A stretch of DNA of 64,000 nt from contig NC_042999.1 in NCBI RefSeq assembly GCF_006345805.1, positions 17,980,001 through 18,044,000 on the forward strand, written 5' to 3'. The position numbers and the translations under genes are program-made. Of this stretch, positions 39,557-53,812 are shown in pieces (position 1 is the first letter of the stretch; every line of letters starts with the position of its first letter). The notes below the pieces were generated by a model. That model ran no database searches. It saw only the letters and a program-made list of their open reading frames with translations, and had not been told where the DNA came from. Origin of the DNA: Octopus sinensis. Taxonomy: Eukaryota.

Positions 39557-41517
39557 ATGATAAATTACTTTGAAGTATATATATATATATATATATAGAT
39601 ATAGATATATAGATATATATGTATATATATATGCGTATATGCATGTGTGTGTGTGTGTGCGTAGAGATATATGTATACATATGTAGTCATATACATATAG
39701 TCGCTTAAATGCTAATATGAATATCATTGCACATTTTTACGTATATTGTGTATTCTTGAATTTAAATTTCCCTCATATAGTTATTAAGGCGAGCTAAATG
39801 ATATATCATAAAATGAAATAGATCAATGATTGTTGTGATAAATATACATACTTATATAACTCTGATAAAATTGCAAAAACGTCTATTGCACATTGCAGAG
39901 CCCAATGAACGTACTTTTGAAGTTGTTTTATATCCAAGTAACAGTAAAATTTGCATACCTACAAGAGTTTTCATACACACTCAAACACACACACATGCAC
40001 ACGTACAGACAGGGACACATATAGGCATACTCAGCTTACCCCACATACAGAGGCACGCTCTGGAAATTATTTTATGTGATGCCATTATAATTATCAAGGA
40101 GGCACCCAGGTAATTGTTCTCGCTCCGAAAGTGACTTGATTTACGCCTTCAGACATACGTCAACTTCTAACAGTGGGAAACGTGAAACCAGAAAATCCTC
40201 CGCTTTTGGTTATTTGAAACCCCGAAACATTCTCGCTTAGCATAGCGAATTTGCCTACCTATCTTCTGTTATTCACTGTTTTGTACATAAGATCATGCAG
40301 TAAATACTTGGGCTTAGCGGTCCTCTATGACAGAGAGCCTCTCTGGTTCCAGTGTGATTTTTATATGCTCCATGCAAGAGAAGTTAACGAATGTCAGCGC
40401 ATTAATCTCAACTGTTATTAAACTCCAGTATGATACGTGGTGCGCTGTATCATAAAAGTAAATTATGAAACCTCAATATATATATATAATATGGAGTAAT
40501 GCTGACAGTCGCATTTGCAGCAATTGAACAAAAATCAATATTTAGTTTTTAATGGAAATATCCGCGCTTCAATAGATATAAATTGGATAAAAAACCCGAA
40601 AAAAGCTTTAAAATGCGATGTTGATACCTGCATATATGAAATTAGTTGTAAGTAATTAATACAGATTTTAAATTCGTTACGCTTGTATTTATTTCTAGAG
40701 TGGGTCCCATGATTTATATTCTAAATGTAACATGATGGGAATGGATCAAAGGAACATGCAATTAAGTAGAACTGATCTGAATGTGGATTTTGATTAGCTA
40801 CTCCTCTCACGTATGTTTATTGTATTATACACACAGGTATTATTAAAAGCTGAAAGTTCTTCATCATACACTGATATTCTTCGCTCAAACGAGTGAATTG
40901 GAAAGTAGCGCTAACATGTAAAAGGAAAATACTTAATAAGCATTTCAAAATAGGATTCGTTGTAAGTACACAGAATATGTATTCCTTTGGGATTAGACAA
41001 AATGATTACAAAACTTGCGCTACAGATTTATCAAGTCATTTGTTACGTACAGAAAACATGTTTTCGCAAATTCAACGTTTTAGCCAGAAAACCATTCATA
41101 TGATAAAAATTGTTGTCTCAAATACTGTCTTTCATGAAATTATAAATCCACTTACAAGGGAAATTAAAGGGTTTGTTACTTATATAATCGTATAAATAAG
41201 GAATTCTCTCCCTATTGAAACAATGACTCAAATAACGTGGTTACGTTGATGGCTTTGAACCAACTGCTCAACGGGGTGATCAACTCAGAAACGATAAAAG
41301 GCAAGGTTGATTTTTACTGGAATTTGTATTCAGAATGCAAAGAATCAGAAGAAATGAGGGTTTTACAAATTGTATATTTTTTTCTTGTCAGTATGTGTGT
41401 GAATAACCATATCTGTATACTTACATAGTTACATATATATGTATGTTTGTATGTATGTATAGTATACATGCATATTTGTTTTTATATATATTTGTTTATA
41501 TAAATATACATATATAG

Positions 41518-41552
<35 letters not shown>

Positions 41553-42324
41553 AATACATATATTTATATATATATATATATTTATGTAGATACATAAACG
41601 TGTGGGTGTGTGGGTGTATGTGTGTCTGCGTGCGTATAATCTGACTAAAGATCTTTAAGCTATTTGATTGATTATGGAAGCTTAATGAAATACCAGAAAT
41701 ATCAATAACAGTTTTAAAAACTTTTTTTATTGATTTTTACCGTTTAGTCAGAGTACATGTGCTTACAACTCTTGTCGCTGCAGCCTTCGGACATAAGAAT
41801 TTAAAGCCATTGAAAATATATCTAATCGCACCTTGTAAGGCCCTTTACTATTTCTACCAGTCTATCTCTCAGAATAGGTAGTGAATAACTTAGAACAATA
41901 CAAGAAGTAAATTTTATATCATGTTGACAACTCACTGTACAAATAGCTCATGGTATGCCATAGAACATTCTCATGAGACAGTCTAGTGGCCTGAACTCTT
42001 TACATGAACACCACCCTGTACTTAACTCCATGTCCCCCTACATGGCCTTGCTTTTTGCTTTTGAGCCCAAAATTAACTAACTAACTAACTAACTACTTAA
42101 TTGTCTCTAAAATGGGGCGAGTAAAAGTCTCTTACAATCTTGAGAAAATGACTGTTTTGGCGTGGGTGTCTATAGACCACTTGACAGTGTAAGGAGTTGA
42201 ATCAATCTTTAGTTTATTGGTAAGCTGGAGTATCGACACGCTGCTTGACGTTGTTTGGGACTTGAAATCGGATTAGTGGTTGTTCACTCTAGCGTTGAAG
42301 GTGGAGCTAAATGAGCCGATATAT

Positions 42325-42780
42325 ACTCTTTACTCTCTTTTTACTCTTTTTTCTTGTTTCAGTCATCTGACTGTGGCCATGCTGGAGCACCACCTTTTAG
42401 TCGACCAAATCGACCCCCAGGACTTATTCTTTGTAGCCCTAGTACTTATTCTATCGGTGTATTTTGCCGAACCGCTTAGTTACGGAGACGTAAACACAGC
42501 AGCATCGGTTGTCAAGCGTTGTTGGGGGGGAGACAAACATACACACACATACACACACACATACACACACACATATATATATATTTATATATATATAAAT
42601 ATATGTACATATATACGACGGGCTTCTTTCAGCTTCCGTCTACCAAATCCACTCATAAGGCTTTGGTCGGCCGGAGGCTATAGCAGAAGACACTTGCCCA
42701 AGGTGCCACGCATTGAGACTGAACCCAGAACCATGTGGTTGGTAAGTAGCTTGCTTACCACACAGCCACTTCTACGCCTA
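42325..42780 (-). mobile_element. SINE family A
   Basis: Reverse complement of family A. Confidence 0.9.
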
Positions 42781-42865
42781 TGTGTAGTTGCAGTTGGCAG
42801 TTGATACTGTACACTTATAAAGCTTGTTTTTACACCCACAGGCATAAACATGCGCGTCCACACAT

Positions 42866-42955
<90 letters not shown>

Positions 42956-44231
42956 ACAAAGTGTAAAATTAATTAATTAAGAAGTAATCAATAAATTTCA
43001 CCAAGTAGGATTCGGTATGAAAACAGGACCGCTAACACGGTAAATCTTAGTAATACTAATAAAAAGGGTTCGGCAAAAGAATTGCGTCGCCGCATACCGA
43101 AGTTCCAGAGAACCCAAAATACTTGAAGTTTAAACACACAGGCAGAGGGTAAAGCAAACGAAAATCAATCGATCTCTGATCCTTTTTAAAGTAGAAGACC
43201 CTTTTTAAAGTAGAAGATATGGCTAAGATTTTGGCTGCTTTTTCTGTACTTCGGTATGCGGTGACGCAATTCTTTTGCCAAAATTTTTTTATTAGTATAT
43301 ATATATATATACATCATGCAAGATCATCAAATATGAAACTGGTATAATTTTGTTGTGTATGTTTATGTGAATCGTTAGGAACTTTCCACAGTTCACTATG
43401 ATAGTAATACACATTGTAGTGTAAGAAATAAATATTCACACACATATGATATGAAAGTGTATTTTTAGGATATTCTGTATTAAATGAATATAAATGGCAA
43501 TAAGTTATGCAATCATTAAATTAAGCCCGTTTATTTCACTTCCGCATTAAAACTAAATATGTACTGCATTGAACAGTCTCCAATAGCATTTCTTACATGG
43601 CAATTAATACTACAGTGTAAATGCTTACAATATCAGAAAGTATGTCCGTTGCTTGAAAAACTCTTACGCATGAAATATCTTTCCGGTATCCTATCTGCCA
43701 CTATAAACTTCCCTTTCATCCTTACGAATTTAGTAAATGCAGTAAATGCATGTCGGTCTTGTACTTCGGTGAAAGCATCCGGTTATAATTGTTGAGTGCA
43801 AATTAGCGCTACTTTTCCATATAGGATCAAATATTATTGTTGCACATGCTTGTATCTGACATGCATTGACTTTCAGTCAATCCATTGCCAGCCAAATTAA
43901 ACAGGTTTAATGATCCAATGTACAACACACAGAAACAACCTAAAATCAATGAAGTAAATGATCTAAGCTATTCAACAGAACACATACGCCCATCAAGATG
44001 CAATGTGATCTAATACGTTTAGTGCATTAGAACAAGGAGGATTTAGATGTATCCGAGAAGCGTGGAACTTAATTCAGCCAAAGCTGCCAAATCCATGGCA
44101 AGAAGTATATCATGTACAACGGGAATAACCAACGTTTGTTAAAAGTACACGTACCTTTGGAATGCTTAGTCACCTAGACGTTCATTCAGTAACAGAACAG
44201 GTGAATTGGTTTACCGAACATCTGGAGCTCT

Positions 44232-44450
44232 CGGAAGGCGGCGAGCTGGCAGAAACGTTAGCATTCCGGTATTTAGCGGTATTTCGTCTTTCTCTACATT
44301 TCGAGTTCAAACTCAGCCGAGGTCAACTTTGCCATTCAAATGTTTCGGGGTCGACAAATTAAGTACCAGTTGCGTACTGTGGTCGATGTAATCGACTGGC
44401 CCACTTCCCCCAAATTTCGGGCCTTGAGTCTAGAGTAGAAAAGAATATCT
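44232..44450 (+). mobile_element. SINE family B variant with a different tail
   Basis: aaggcggcgagctggcagaaacgttagc...tcggggtcgacaaattaagtaccagtt. Confidence 0.8.
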
Positions 44451-44714
44451 GCAACTCTCGGAATACTAGCTGGCTAAAACCCATGCGCGCCTTTGCAAAC
44501 ATTCGCACGCACACACAAACATACACACACACACACACACGCATGCACACACACATAGGCATACAAACACACACACACGCGCGCGCACACTCATGTATAT
44601 TTGCATGTGTTTATGATTATTTTCTATATGGTTCCGTCTTTCCTTATGGTTCCTGTCAGCGTTATTTGATCTTCGGAAAAATAAATCTTTCGCACTAATG
44701 ATTGTATAAAGATT

Positions 44715-45025
44715 TAATGTCTTTACGTTCTGAGGACAGAGAAATCCCCTTGTCTGTCCTTGTTTGTCCCTTCTATGTTCAGCCCCTTGTGGGCTATACA
44801 GAAATAAGAAACGTTAGCACGCCGGGCGAAATGCTTAGCGGTATTTCGTCCGCCGTTACGTTATGGGTTTAAATTCCGCCGAGGTCGACTTTGCCTTTCA
44901 ACCTTTCGGGGTCAATAAATTAAGTACCAGTTACCCACTGGACTCCATGTAATCAACTTAATCCCTTCGTCTGTCCTTGTTTGTCTCCTCTATGTGTAGC
45001 CCCTTGTGGGCAATAAAGAAATAAG
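44715..45025 (+). mobile_element. SINE family B partial tandem
   Basis: Tail followed by a restart at agaaacgttagcacgccggg. Confidence 0.8.
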
Positions 45026-45610
45026 AAAATGAAATCGGAAATATGTGGTTAAAATGAAGAATAATTTTATATAAACGTCCTCGTTGTACACGGTAACATA
45101 TTGAACGCTTAAAACACTTTAGAGACGGAATTGAAATAAAATTTGTATGAGAAAAAATCCATGGAAATATGTAAGAGAGCAACATTAATTTTGAAGGAGA
45201 AAGAAACCAAGATACATATTTCAATTACAGTGTCCTAAATACCTAGAAATCGACGAACAAGACTGAGCAGAGCCTATTCGTGGAAATAAAAGTTTAAGAA
45301 GAAATATTACTGAAGCAACGGACTTATATTTAAGCGGAGTTAATGGAAACAAATGAGATAATACGTTTCATTACTGCAACTGTAGCAGTAATAAGTAACG
45401 GTTATAATACTCTCTGCGGAATGTTCAACAAATTAGAAGGGCGAGACTGATAACGATGCGTAAGAAAACAAAAGAATGTTGGCATTAATGATAAACCAAA
45501 ACGACGTTGAATGAGGTACTATACGTTGTTGTCCACAAACACATGTGTCTATATCTATATATTTTATATATGTGTGTGGGTATACTTATAGATATACATG
45601 TATATATATA

Positions 45611-45692
<82 letters not shown>

Positions 45693-45779
45693 GTATCTAT
45701 GTATAAATATATCTACATGTATATATATATATATAGATAGATAGATAGAAACATATATATATATACATACATATATCTA

Positions 45780-45821
<42 letters not shown>

Positions 45822-45912
45822 TATATGGATGTATATATATATATATATGTATCTATATAGAAATATATTTATATGTATATTGAAATATATATATATGCCC
45901 TTGTTTATAAGT

Positions 45913-45946
<34 letters not shown>

Positions 45947-46622
45947 ATATATAATATATATATATATGTTTGTGTGTGTGTGGGGGGGTGTAGGGATATG
46001 TAAGTATATATAATGTACTGTACGGTAATGGAAAATAATGAAAATCTCACATCACCAAGGAAACATAAGAAGTTTATATTTTATTCTTTAAGAAGCCAAA
46101 GAAAACATTTAAAATATATGCTTAAGTAATAGTTGTGAGAAGATTTCTTCTCGACAATTGATAAGAAGCGCAAATTTAAAGCTAAATAGAAAGTTATTAG
46201 TTGCATAGGGAGATATAGGTTCCCTATAGAAAGCAAGCAAATATAAACGTTGAAGGAGAATGAATTAAATAACTGTCGATTATGCGGAAGCGAAGTAGAA
46301 ATATTTGAAACATAGTCGTGGGATCTTTTTCTCAGTCAAGTAGTATATCTATGGATCAGGTAGATTCGAAACTTCCAGATACCTGCAGCTATGATTGTAA
46401 TAGGATTTTCCACCAGAAAAAAGGCCATATTGTTTTACATAAAATCGCTGGAAGTATATAAAATACAAAAAAAAAAAGATGACCAACATTTAATTCGTTC
46501 ACAGAGATTGATCACTATTAACCGGCTGGATATCTTAAATATCACCATAAGGAATGGATGTGCGGACTAAACGACTTCGATATCTCAATACAAGCTGTCA
46601 ATATTTTATCTACGAAGCATAT

Positions 46623-46655
46623 ATATTGCGTTGTCCGGGAAGTTCGTACCGATTT
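46623..46655 (+). mobile_element. Possible mariner/Tc1 terminal inverted repeat fragment
   Basis: atattgcgttgtccgggaagttcgtaccgattt resembles mariner TIRs; no partner TIR or transposase was found. Confidence 0.35.
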
Positions 46656-47269
46656 ATAGTAACTTACCTTTCGACGTATTTTCGAACATGCTTGAGTCCA
46701 TAAAATAGGATTTGACTACACCTCCATTTAGAGTACAGTTTAAGCTCTGCATTCAAATAACACGGACGTTGATGTCCTTCCTTCTGTGATCCAGAGAATA
46801 AGTACCAGTTAAGCTCTGGGGTTAATATAATCATCCTAACTTTCCAACCATTAAATTTTCACGCCGTGTGCTTATAATAGAAAGTATTATATACGTAGAG
46901 TAGTTCCAAAATACCCGAGAAGTCTTCGCCAATATCTCAAACATTAAATCACGTTCCAGTTTACGAAATCATACCGACTTTACTGTGTGCACACATATTT
47001 TTATTCTCGGCACTGTTAGATTTATCCCTCCTGCGTCTCCTTTTCTTTTTCTTAATTAATAATGGTTAGGGGAGATTAGATATATCAGCCAAGATATTTA
47101 TTTATGGATGCGAAAAGAATGAAAGACCAAGCAGTAAGAAAGGGTCAGAAGAAATTCCAAAGACTGATTTTTTTTACGATATCAGCAATTTTAACAGTTC
47201 AGTGCTTTAGCAATAATAGCTAAAACAACAACCGTATAAACAGCAACAACAACAGCAACAGAAATAATA

Positions 47270-47452
47270 ATCCTTCCTTTCCTAATGGAGACAGAAGGAC
47301 TCAAATTTGGTAGGAGAGGACTTAATCTGTTTACCCTGAAAGATGAAAGGTAAAGTCGATCTCGGCGGAATTTGAACTCAGAACGTAGTTGTCGGGCGAA
47401 ATACCGCCAAGTATTTCGTTCAGTATGATCACGATTCTGCCAGCTCGCTGCG
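47270..47452 (-). mobile_element. SINE family B, diverged
   Basis: aaagtcgatctcggcggaatttgaactcagaacg...tgccagctcgc. Confidence 0.75.
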
Positions 47453-47455
47453 TTG

Positions 47456-47513
<58 letters not shown>

Positions 47514-47689
47514 TATTAAAAACAATAACTTATTTTCTACAAAAGGCGCAATGCCTAAACTTTCGTGGGGAGTAGTGCTTGTCGATTACATCTACACCAG
47601 GCTTAACTAGTAGTTTATTTATCGTCTCCAAAATAATGGAAGGCAAAGTGGGCCTGCGCATAATTTGAGAGACGGAAAGCACTATACTT

Positions 47690-48272
47690 CCAGTAGAAGA
47701 TCAAGCCTTGGCTATGAACTGGAGGATCAACCAAAGGAATGAGTAAGTGTCACTGCTGTGCCGCATTTGCTACAGAGGGATGAATTCCGAAAACAAGTAG
47801 AAGTTTTGGTGACACGACCAGGACGCGACAGTGCTATATTGGAAACTCAGCAAAAAGTGGGGGATATAGAGAGGTAAGGCGTAGTATTAGCACAAACCGT
47901 AGGGCGGCGGAGTCAGAGACGAGCAAGATCCTCTTCAGATTCTAGAGCATAATGGATCGGACCTAGTGGTGGTGGAGAAGGTGCAGCACATTTGTTATAT
48001 ACTTGATGTTCCATGCCCATTTGACGCAGGAATAGTCAAGAAAGCAGGTGAAAAGAAGAGATAAATACAACGCATTAAAGCACCCAATAGTCTGGCTATG
48101 GGATTTGAAGAATGTGAAGATGAAGCCGTTTATTGTTGGGTCATTGGGAGCAGTGTCAGATGGTATTAAGGGGAATATAAAGAAAATTGGAATAGAGTGC
48201 CCAGTAGAACTTTCACCAGAGATTTGGCTCCTTGGCAAAATGAAAATAATTAGGAAAGTATTAGATATCTGA
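47690..48272 (+). pseudogene. R4/Dong-type LINE 3' fragment (CCHC + REL)
   Basis: CRIC...HDQDATVLYWKLSKKWG...ILDVPCPFD...KKRDKYNAL...PFIVGSLG...LLGKMKIIRKVLDI*. Confidence 0.7.
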
Positions 48273-48414
48273 AAAGAACGGATAACATAGCAACGTAGGC
48301 TGCACGTAGCAAGCCCGCTACGCATGTAGGACTCTAGGAGCCTCAACAAAACCCCTGATAAAGAAGCATAGCAACAACACCAACAACAACAACAACAGCA
48401 ATAATAATAATAAT

Positions 48415-49100
48415 ACAGCCACTTGTTTTATAGAGATGACCTAAAAGGTGAGCTACAAATGGTAAACAGCTGGAAACATTAGTACAGAGAGTAAATGGAT
48501 TTACCAAAGAAATAAACATGAAATTTGACTTAAAAAATGTGCAAAAACTAGTTAAGAGTAGCAACATCACACTAGATAAAGCAAATGAAATAAGAGAAGT
48601 AGACCAAAGCCAGACATACAAATAGTTAGGAATCAATGAACTAGATACGATACAACACACACTAATGAAAAGAAAAATAATAAAAGACTACTATAGACAA
48701 TTTAGGTTAATACTGAAAGCAGAGCGAATAAACAAGATAATATAAGCCAAAACTCTAACCGTCACAGTTATAGGTTACAGCTACAATATCTTTAACTGGA
48801 CTCTAAAAATGAACTAATGAAAATAGACAGAGAAGCAGGAAAAATAATGACAGGATTTAGGATGCACCACCCAAAATCTGATATAGAAAGGTTATATATA
48901 GAACGTATAGTAGGTGGTAGGGGCCTTATACGGCTAGAAAACTATTACAAAATAACCACCATAGGATTATAAAATTACCTACTTCAGAAGCAAGGAAGAT
49001 TAATACAAATACACACAAAACACGAACAGGAACCGATAAATACAAAAAAAAAGGAGTCATGCTACTTAACAACTATGAAGAAAAATGAAGAAACACCAAA
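48415..49100 (+). pseudogene. R4/Dong-type RT C-terminal fragment
   Basis: Frameshifted segments: DDLK, MKFDLKKCAK, YKYLG-like, KIDRE...MHHPKSDIERLYI.R..GGRGL. Confidence 0.7.
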
Positions 49101-49233
49101 AGCTGTAAAACAACTGCGGTCCAATGTAAGACTGGAATAGCATCACAAACCAAAGCGCATACTCCAGTCACACAGAGCTGCGCTCGGTAGTGTAGAGAAA
49201 GCACGTGATAAAAATATGACTACTGAAAGATGA

Positions 49234-49234
<1 letters not shown>

Positions 49235-49278
<44 letters not shown>

Positions 49279-49331
49279 GAATACTAATACTACTACTACT
49301 ACTACTACTGCTACTACTACTACCACTACTG

Positions 49332-49370
<39 letters not shown>

Positions 49371-49374
49371 ATAA

Positions 49375-49418
<44 letters not shown>

Positions 49419-49505
49419 ATACTACTACTACTACTATACTAATACTAATACTACTACAACTGCTGCTACTACTACTACCACTACTGCTACTGCTGCTGCT
49501 GCTGT

Positions 49506-49543
<38 letters not shown>

Positions 49544-49560
49544 AAAATAATAATAATAAT
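49235..49560. repeat. (ACT)n/(GCT)n/(AAT)n trinucleotide microsatellite
   Basis: Directly visible. Confidence 0.95.
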
Positions 49561-50729
49561 AATTATAATGCCCTGATGTAATACCAGCCAGTGGCTGTCA
49601 AGGCTTTTGTTCCTAACTATTTGAAAGTGTTACCATGTACATTGTTTTGTCTTGGTATAAAAGATTGGCTCCAACAAATATCCTGCTTAATACCACAGAT
49701 TTGCTTCTCAGCTGTTTGACCTCAACCAGTTGAGCATGTCCCTTAGTGGCTGACGATATATGCATCTCTGATCATGAGCAGAAGTAGTGGAGGAGCATCA
49801 TAACCATGTGTTGAGAGGGATTCTTTGGGGTTTGAATAATTCACCTCTGAAAACATGGGTGTTTCGTTCAACATCCTTAAACAACCTTTATTTAGTGATC
49901 TTTTAAGAGGGATGGGTTAGTCAAACAGAAGAAAATTCTAACTGGGCCCCACCTACAAGGTCATACGCATTTTATGTTGATATGAGATCAATATGTCGTG
50001 CATATATGTTCGTGATGCATGTACCTAGAGTACACTTATCAGAGGAGTAGTCACGATGGGCATACTGGGCTTCGTTTATTTTACTCCAGTGTCACTTTGA
50101 TGGCATGCACTGCTCTCTCACTCAATAATAATAATAATAATAATAATAAATAATAATAATAATAATAATTATAATGCCCTGATGTAATACCAGCCAGTGG
50201 CTGTCAAGGCTTTTGTTCCTAACTATTTGAAAGTGTTACCATGTACATTGTTTTGTCTTGGTATAAAAGATTGGCTCCAACAAATATCCTGCTTAATACC
50301 ACAGATTTGCTTCTCAGCTGTTTGACCTCAACCAGTTGAGCATGTCCCTTAGTGGCTGACGATATATGCATCTCTGATCATGAGCAGAAGTAGTGGAGGA
50401 GCATCATAACCATGTGTTGAGAGGGATTCTTTGGGGTTTGAATAATTCACCTCTGAAAACATGGGTGTTTCGTTCAACATCCTTAAACAACCTTTATTTA
50501 GTGATCTTTTATGAGGGATGGGTTAGTCAAACAGAAGAAAATTCTAACTGGGCCCCACCTACAAGGTCATACGCATTTTATGTTGATATGAGATCAATAT
50601 GTCGTGCATATATGTTCGTGGTGCATGTACCTAGAGTACACTTATCAGAGGAGTAGTCACGATGGGCATACTGGGCTTCGTTTATTTTACTCCAGTGTCA
50701 CTTTGATGGCATGCACTGCTCTCTCACTC

Positions 50730-50790
<61 letters not shown>
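49561..50790 (+). mobile_element. Two tandem near-identical copies (period ~606 bp) of SINE-like family C, each ending in (AAT)n
   Basis: aattataatgccctgatg at 49561 and 50167; only a few substitutions between the copies. Confidence 0.85.
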
Positions 50791-50793
<3 letters not shown>

Positions 50794-52205
50794 CTGAACT
50801 AAATGCACGTAACAAGGTGTTAGCTATAAATTCCTTAGCAGTTCCAGTTGTTACTTATAGCTACAATGTGTTGAACTGGAATATGAGTGAAGTAAAGAAC
50901 ATAGATAGAAAAATACGCAAGCTGCTGCGTTGTAATAGGATGCACCACCCAAAGGCAGACGTAGATCGCCTTTACCTTCCCAGGGCCCAAGGATGTCGAG
51001 GCCTGATCCAATTTGAACTAGCTTACAAAACAACCACAATTGGACTGGCCAAATATCTCGAAATATCGAATGACTGGATGCTAAAGCTCGTGGAAAATCA
51101 CGAGAGACGAAAGAAGCTTCATTCTATCATAAAGGAAAGCAACAAATTTGCTATTGATCTCGTGCAGGATACCCAAACTGAACAACCCGAGGGAAGTACG
51201 GCAACTATTGTTGCAAAGAAGGTGAAAATGATGGCAATGAAGAAAGCGCACGAGCAATTGGCTGATAGGTGGGAGGAGAAACCTCTGCACAGCAAATATG
51301 TGACCCGCAGCAAACAAGCTGATGTTGACCAGAAGCAAACCCATCAGTGACTACGGAGCTCAGGGCTAAAATCAGAGAGCGAAGGTTTCATCCTGGCTGC
51401 TCAAGATCAAAGCCTATTAACCCGGAACTACCAGGCCAATGTGATGAAAAATGGAGCAGACCCAAAATGCCGATTCTGCAACGACATGATTGAAACAGTG
51501 GACCACCTAATCTCTGGATGTAAAGTCTTAGCACCAGTGGAGTATAAATTAAGACATGACAGAGTTGGCCAATATCTCCACTGGCTAATAAGTCGGCATT
51601 ACAATATCAAAACTGCCGACAAGTGGTATAATCACCACCCTGAGGCTGTAACTGAAGGAGAAAATGTAACCATTTTGTGGGACTTTCCAGTACATACAGA
51701 CCGAACCATCAAGGCCAATAAACCAGATATTGTTGTGAAAGACCAAAACAATAAAGTTTGCTTATTGATCGACATGAGCATCACCTGTGATCATAATATC
51801 TCAGCGAAAGAGTTTGACAAGCTCAGAAAATATAAAGACCTACTCATTGAAATTGAGAAAATGTGGCATCTCAAGGCGGTTACAATACCAGTGATCGTAG
51901 GAGCACTAGGAATGATCAAGAAGGGAACCGAAAATTATATGAGAAGGATCCCTGGCTTACCATCCCTGCAAGAAGTGCAAAAGATTATCTTAACTGGTAC
52001 ATCACACGTATTGAGAAGAGCATTGTCGATGTGAGAACTGTTGCTGCTCATGTATTTTAATTTAATTAAAAAAAAAAAAAAAAAAAAATAACGAACTACT
52101 GAGTTTGGTTTAATGGCCTTCCAATGTATACTATGAGTTTCTTTGCCCTAGGAGTCGGGAAGACACTCGGCAAGAAATGGAAACAACTTTGAAAGTTGAA
52201 AAAAA
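50791..52205 (+). pseudogene. 5'-truncated R4/Dong-clade LINE (RT thumb, CCHC, PD..D REL endonuclease, 3' UTR) with one in-frame TGA at 51348
   Basis: ELNARNKVLAINSLAVPV...HHPKADVDRLYLPR..G.RGL...HQ*LRSSGLK.ESEG...AAQDQ...CRFC..ETVDHLISGC...RHD...LWDF...NKPDIVV...LIDM...KYKDL. Bounded by (AAT)n on both sides. Confidence 0.92.
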
Positions 52206-52207
52206 AA

Positions 52208-52980
<773 letters not shown>

Positions 52981-53394
52981 AAATCCCTAACTTCGACCAT
53001 CTTGGTTCGCTGTTATTTCAGTATATATTATTCTAGAGGATAAAAAGCATTGTAGGTGTAAACTTGATATGAAATCAGACAGTGAGTCGGATTAAACATT
53101 CTTTGCATTATATGCTGAAGGCCCGAGACTTTATGAGGATAGGGTTGTCATTTACCCTTACTCTAGTATTTCATTAGTACTTGCTTCATCGATTCCGAAA
53201 TCGACCTCGGCTGCATTTGAACTCACGATGTAAATCAGATGAAACGCAGTTAACAATTTTTTGCGTTGTGTTAAAAATTCTGCTAGCTCGCTACCTTTGT
53301 CGATCGAAATATATTTTGCTGATGCTTCTACGATTCGGCCGATTACGTTATAAAAAATAGCATTAGTATATATCAGATGCTGATAAATGAGAAC

Positions 53395-53812
53395 AAAATG
53401 AAAAGAAACAAGAAGAATGGTAAAGAAGATGAAGGGGAAGATGAAGAAGAAGAAGAAGATGAAGATGATGATGAAGAAGAAGAAGAAGAAGAAGAAGAAG
53501 AAGAAGAAGAAGAAGATGGAGGGGGACGAGAAAAAGATGATGATGATGATGAAGAAGAAGAAGAAGGAGGGGGACGAGAAAAAGATGATGATGATGATGA
53601 AGAAGAAGAAGAAGGAGGAGGAGGAGGAGAAGAAAAGAAGGAGGAGAAGAAGAAGAAGAAAAAGAAAAAAAGGAGAAGAAGAAGAAGAAGAAGAAGGAGA
53701 AGAAGAGGAAGAATATCAAGAAGATCAAGAAGGTGAAGACGAAGAAGAAAAAGAAGAAGAAGAAGGAGAAGAAGAAAGAGAAAAAGGAGAAGAAGAAAGA
53801 GAAGAAGAATAT
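53395..53812. repeat. (GAA)n/(GAT)n/(GGA)n microsatellite
   Basis: Directly visible; gives poly-E/D/K ORFs with no complex domain. Confidence 0.9.

Noticed and set aside
49561-50730. 606 bp tandem duplication as a retrozyme-like dimer
   Set aside because: CTGACGA and CTGAAGA-type words occur but without GAAA or stems. It is better explained as a SINE duplication via (AAT)n, or an assembly artefact.
51348-51350. In-frame TGA in the Dong-like ORF as recoding (Sec or readthrough)
   Set aside because: The position corresponds to a conserved Trp (HQWLR), so a single TGG>TGA mutation is simpler; no SECIS seen.
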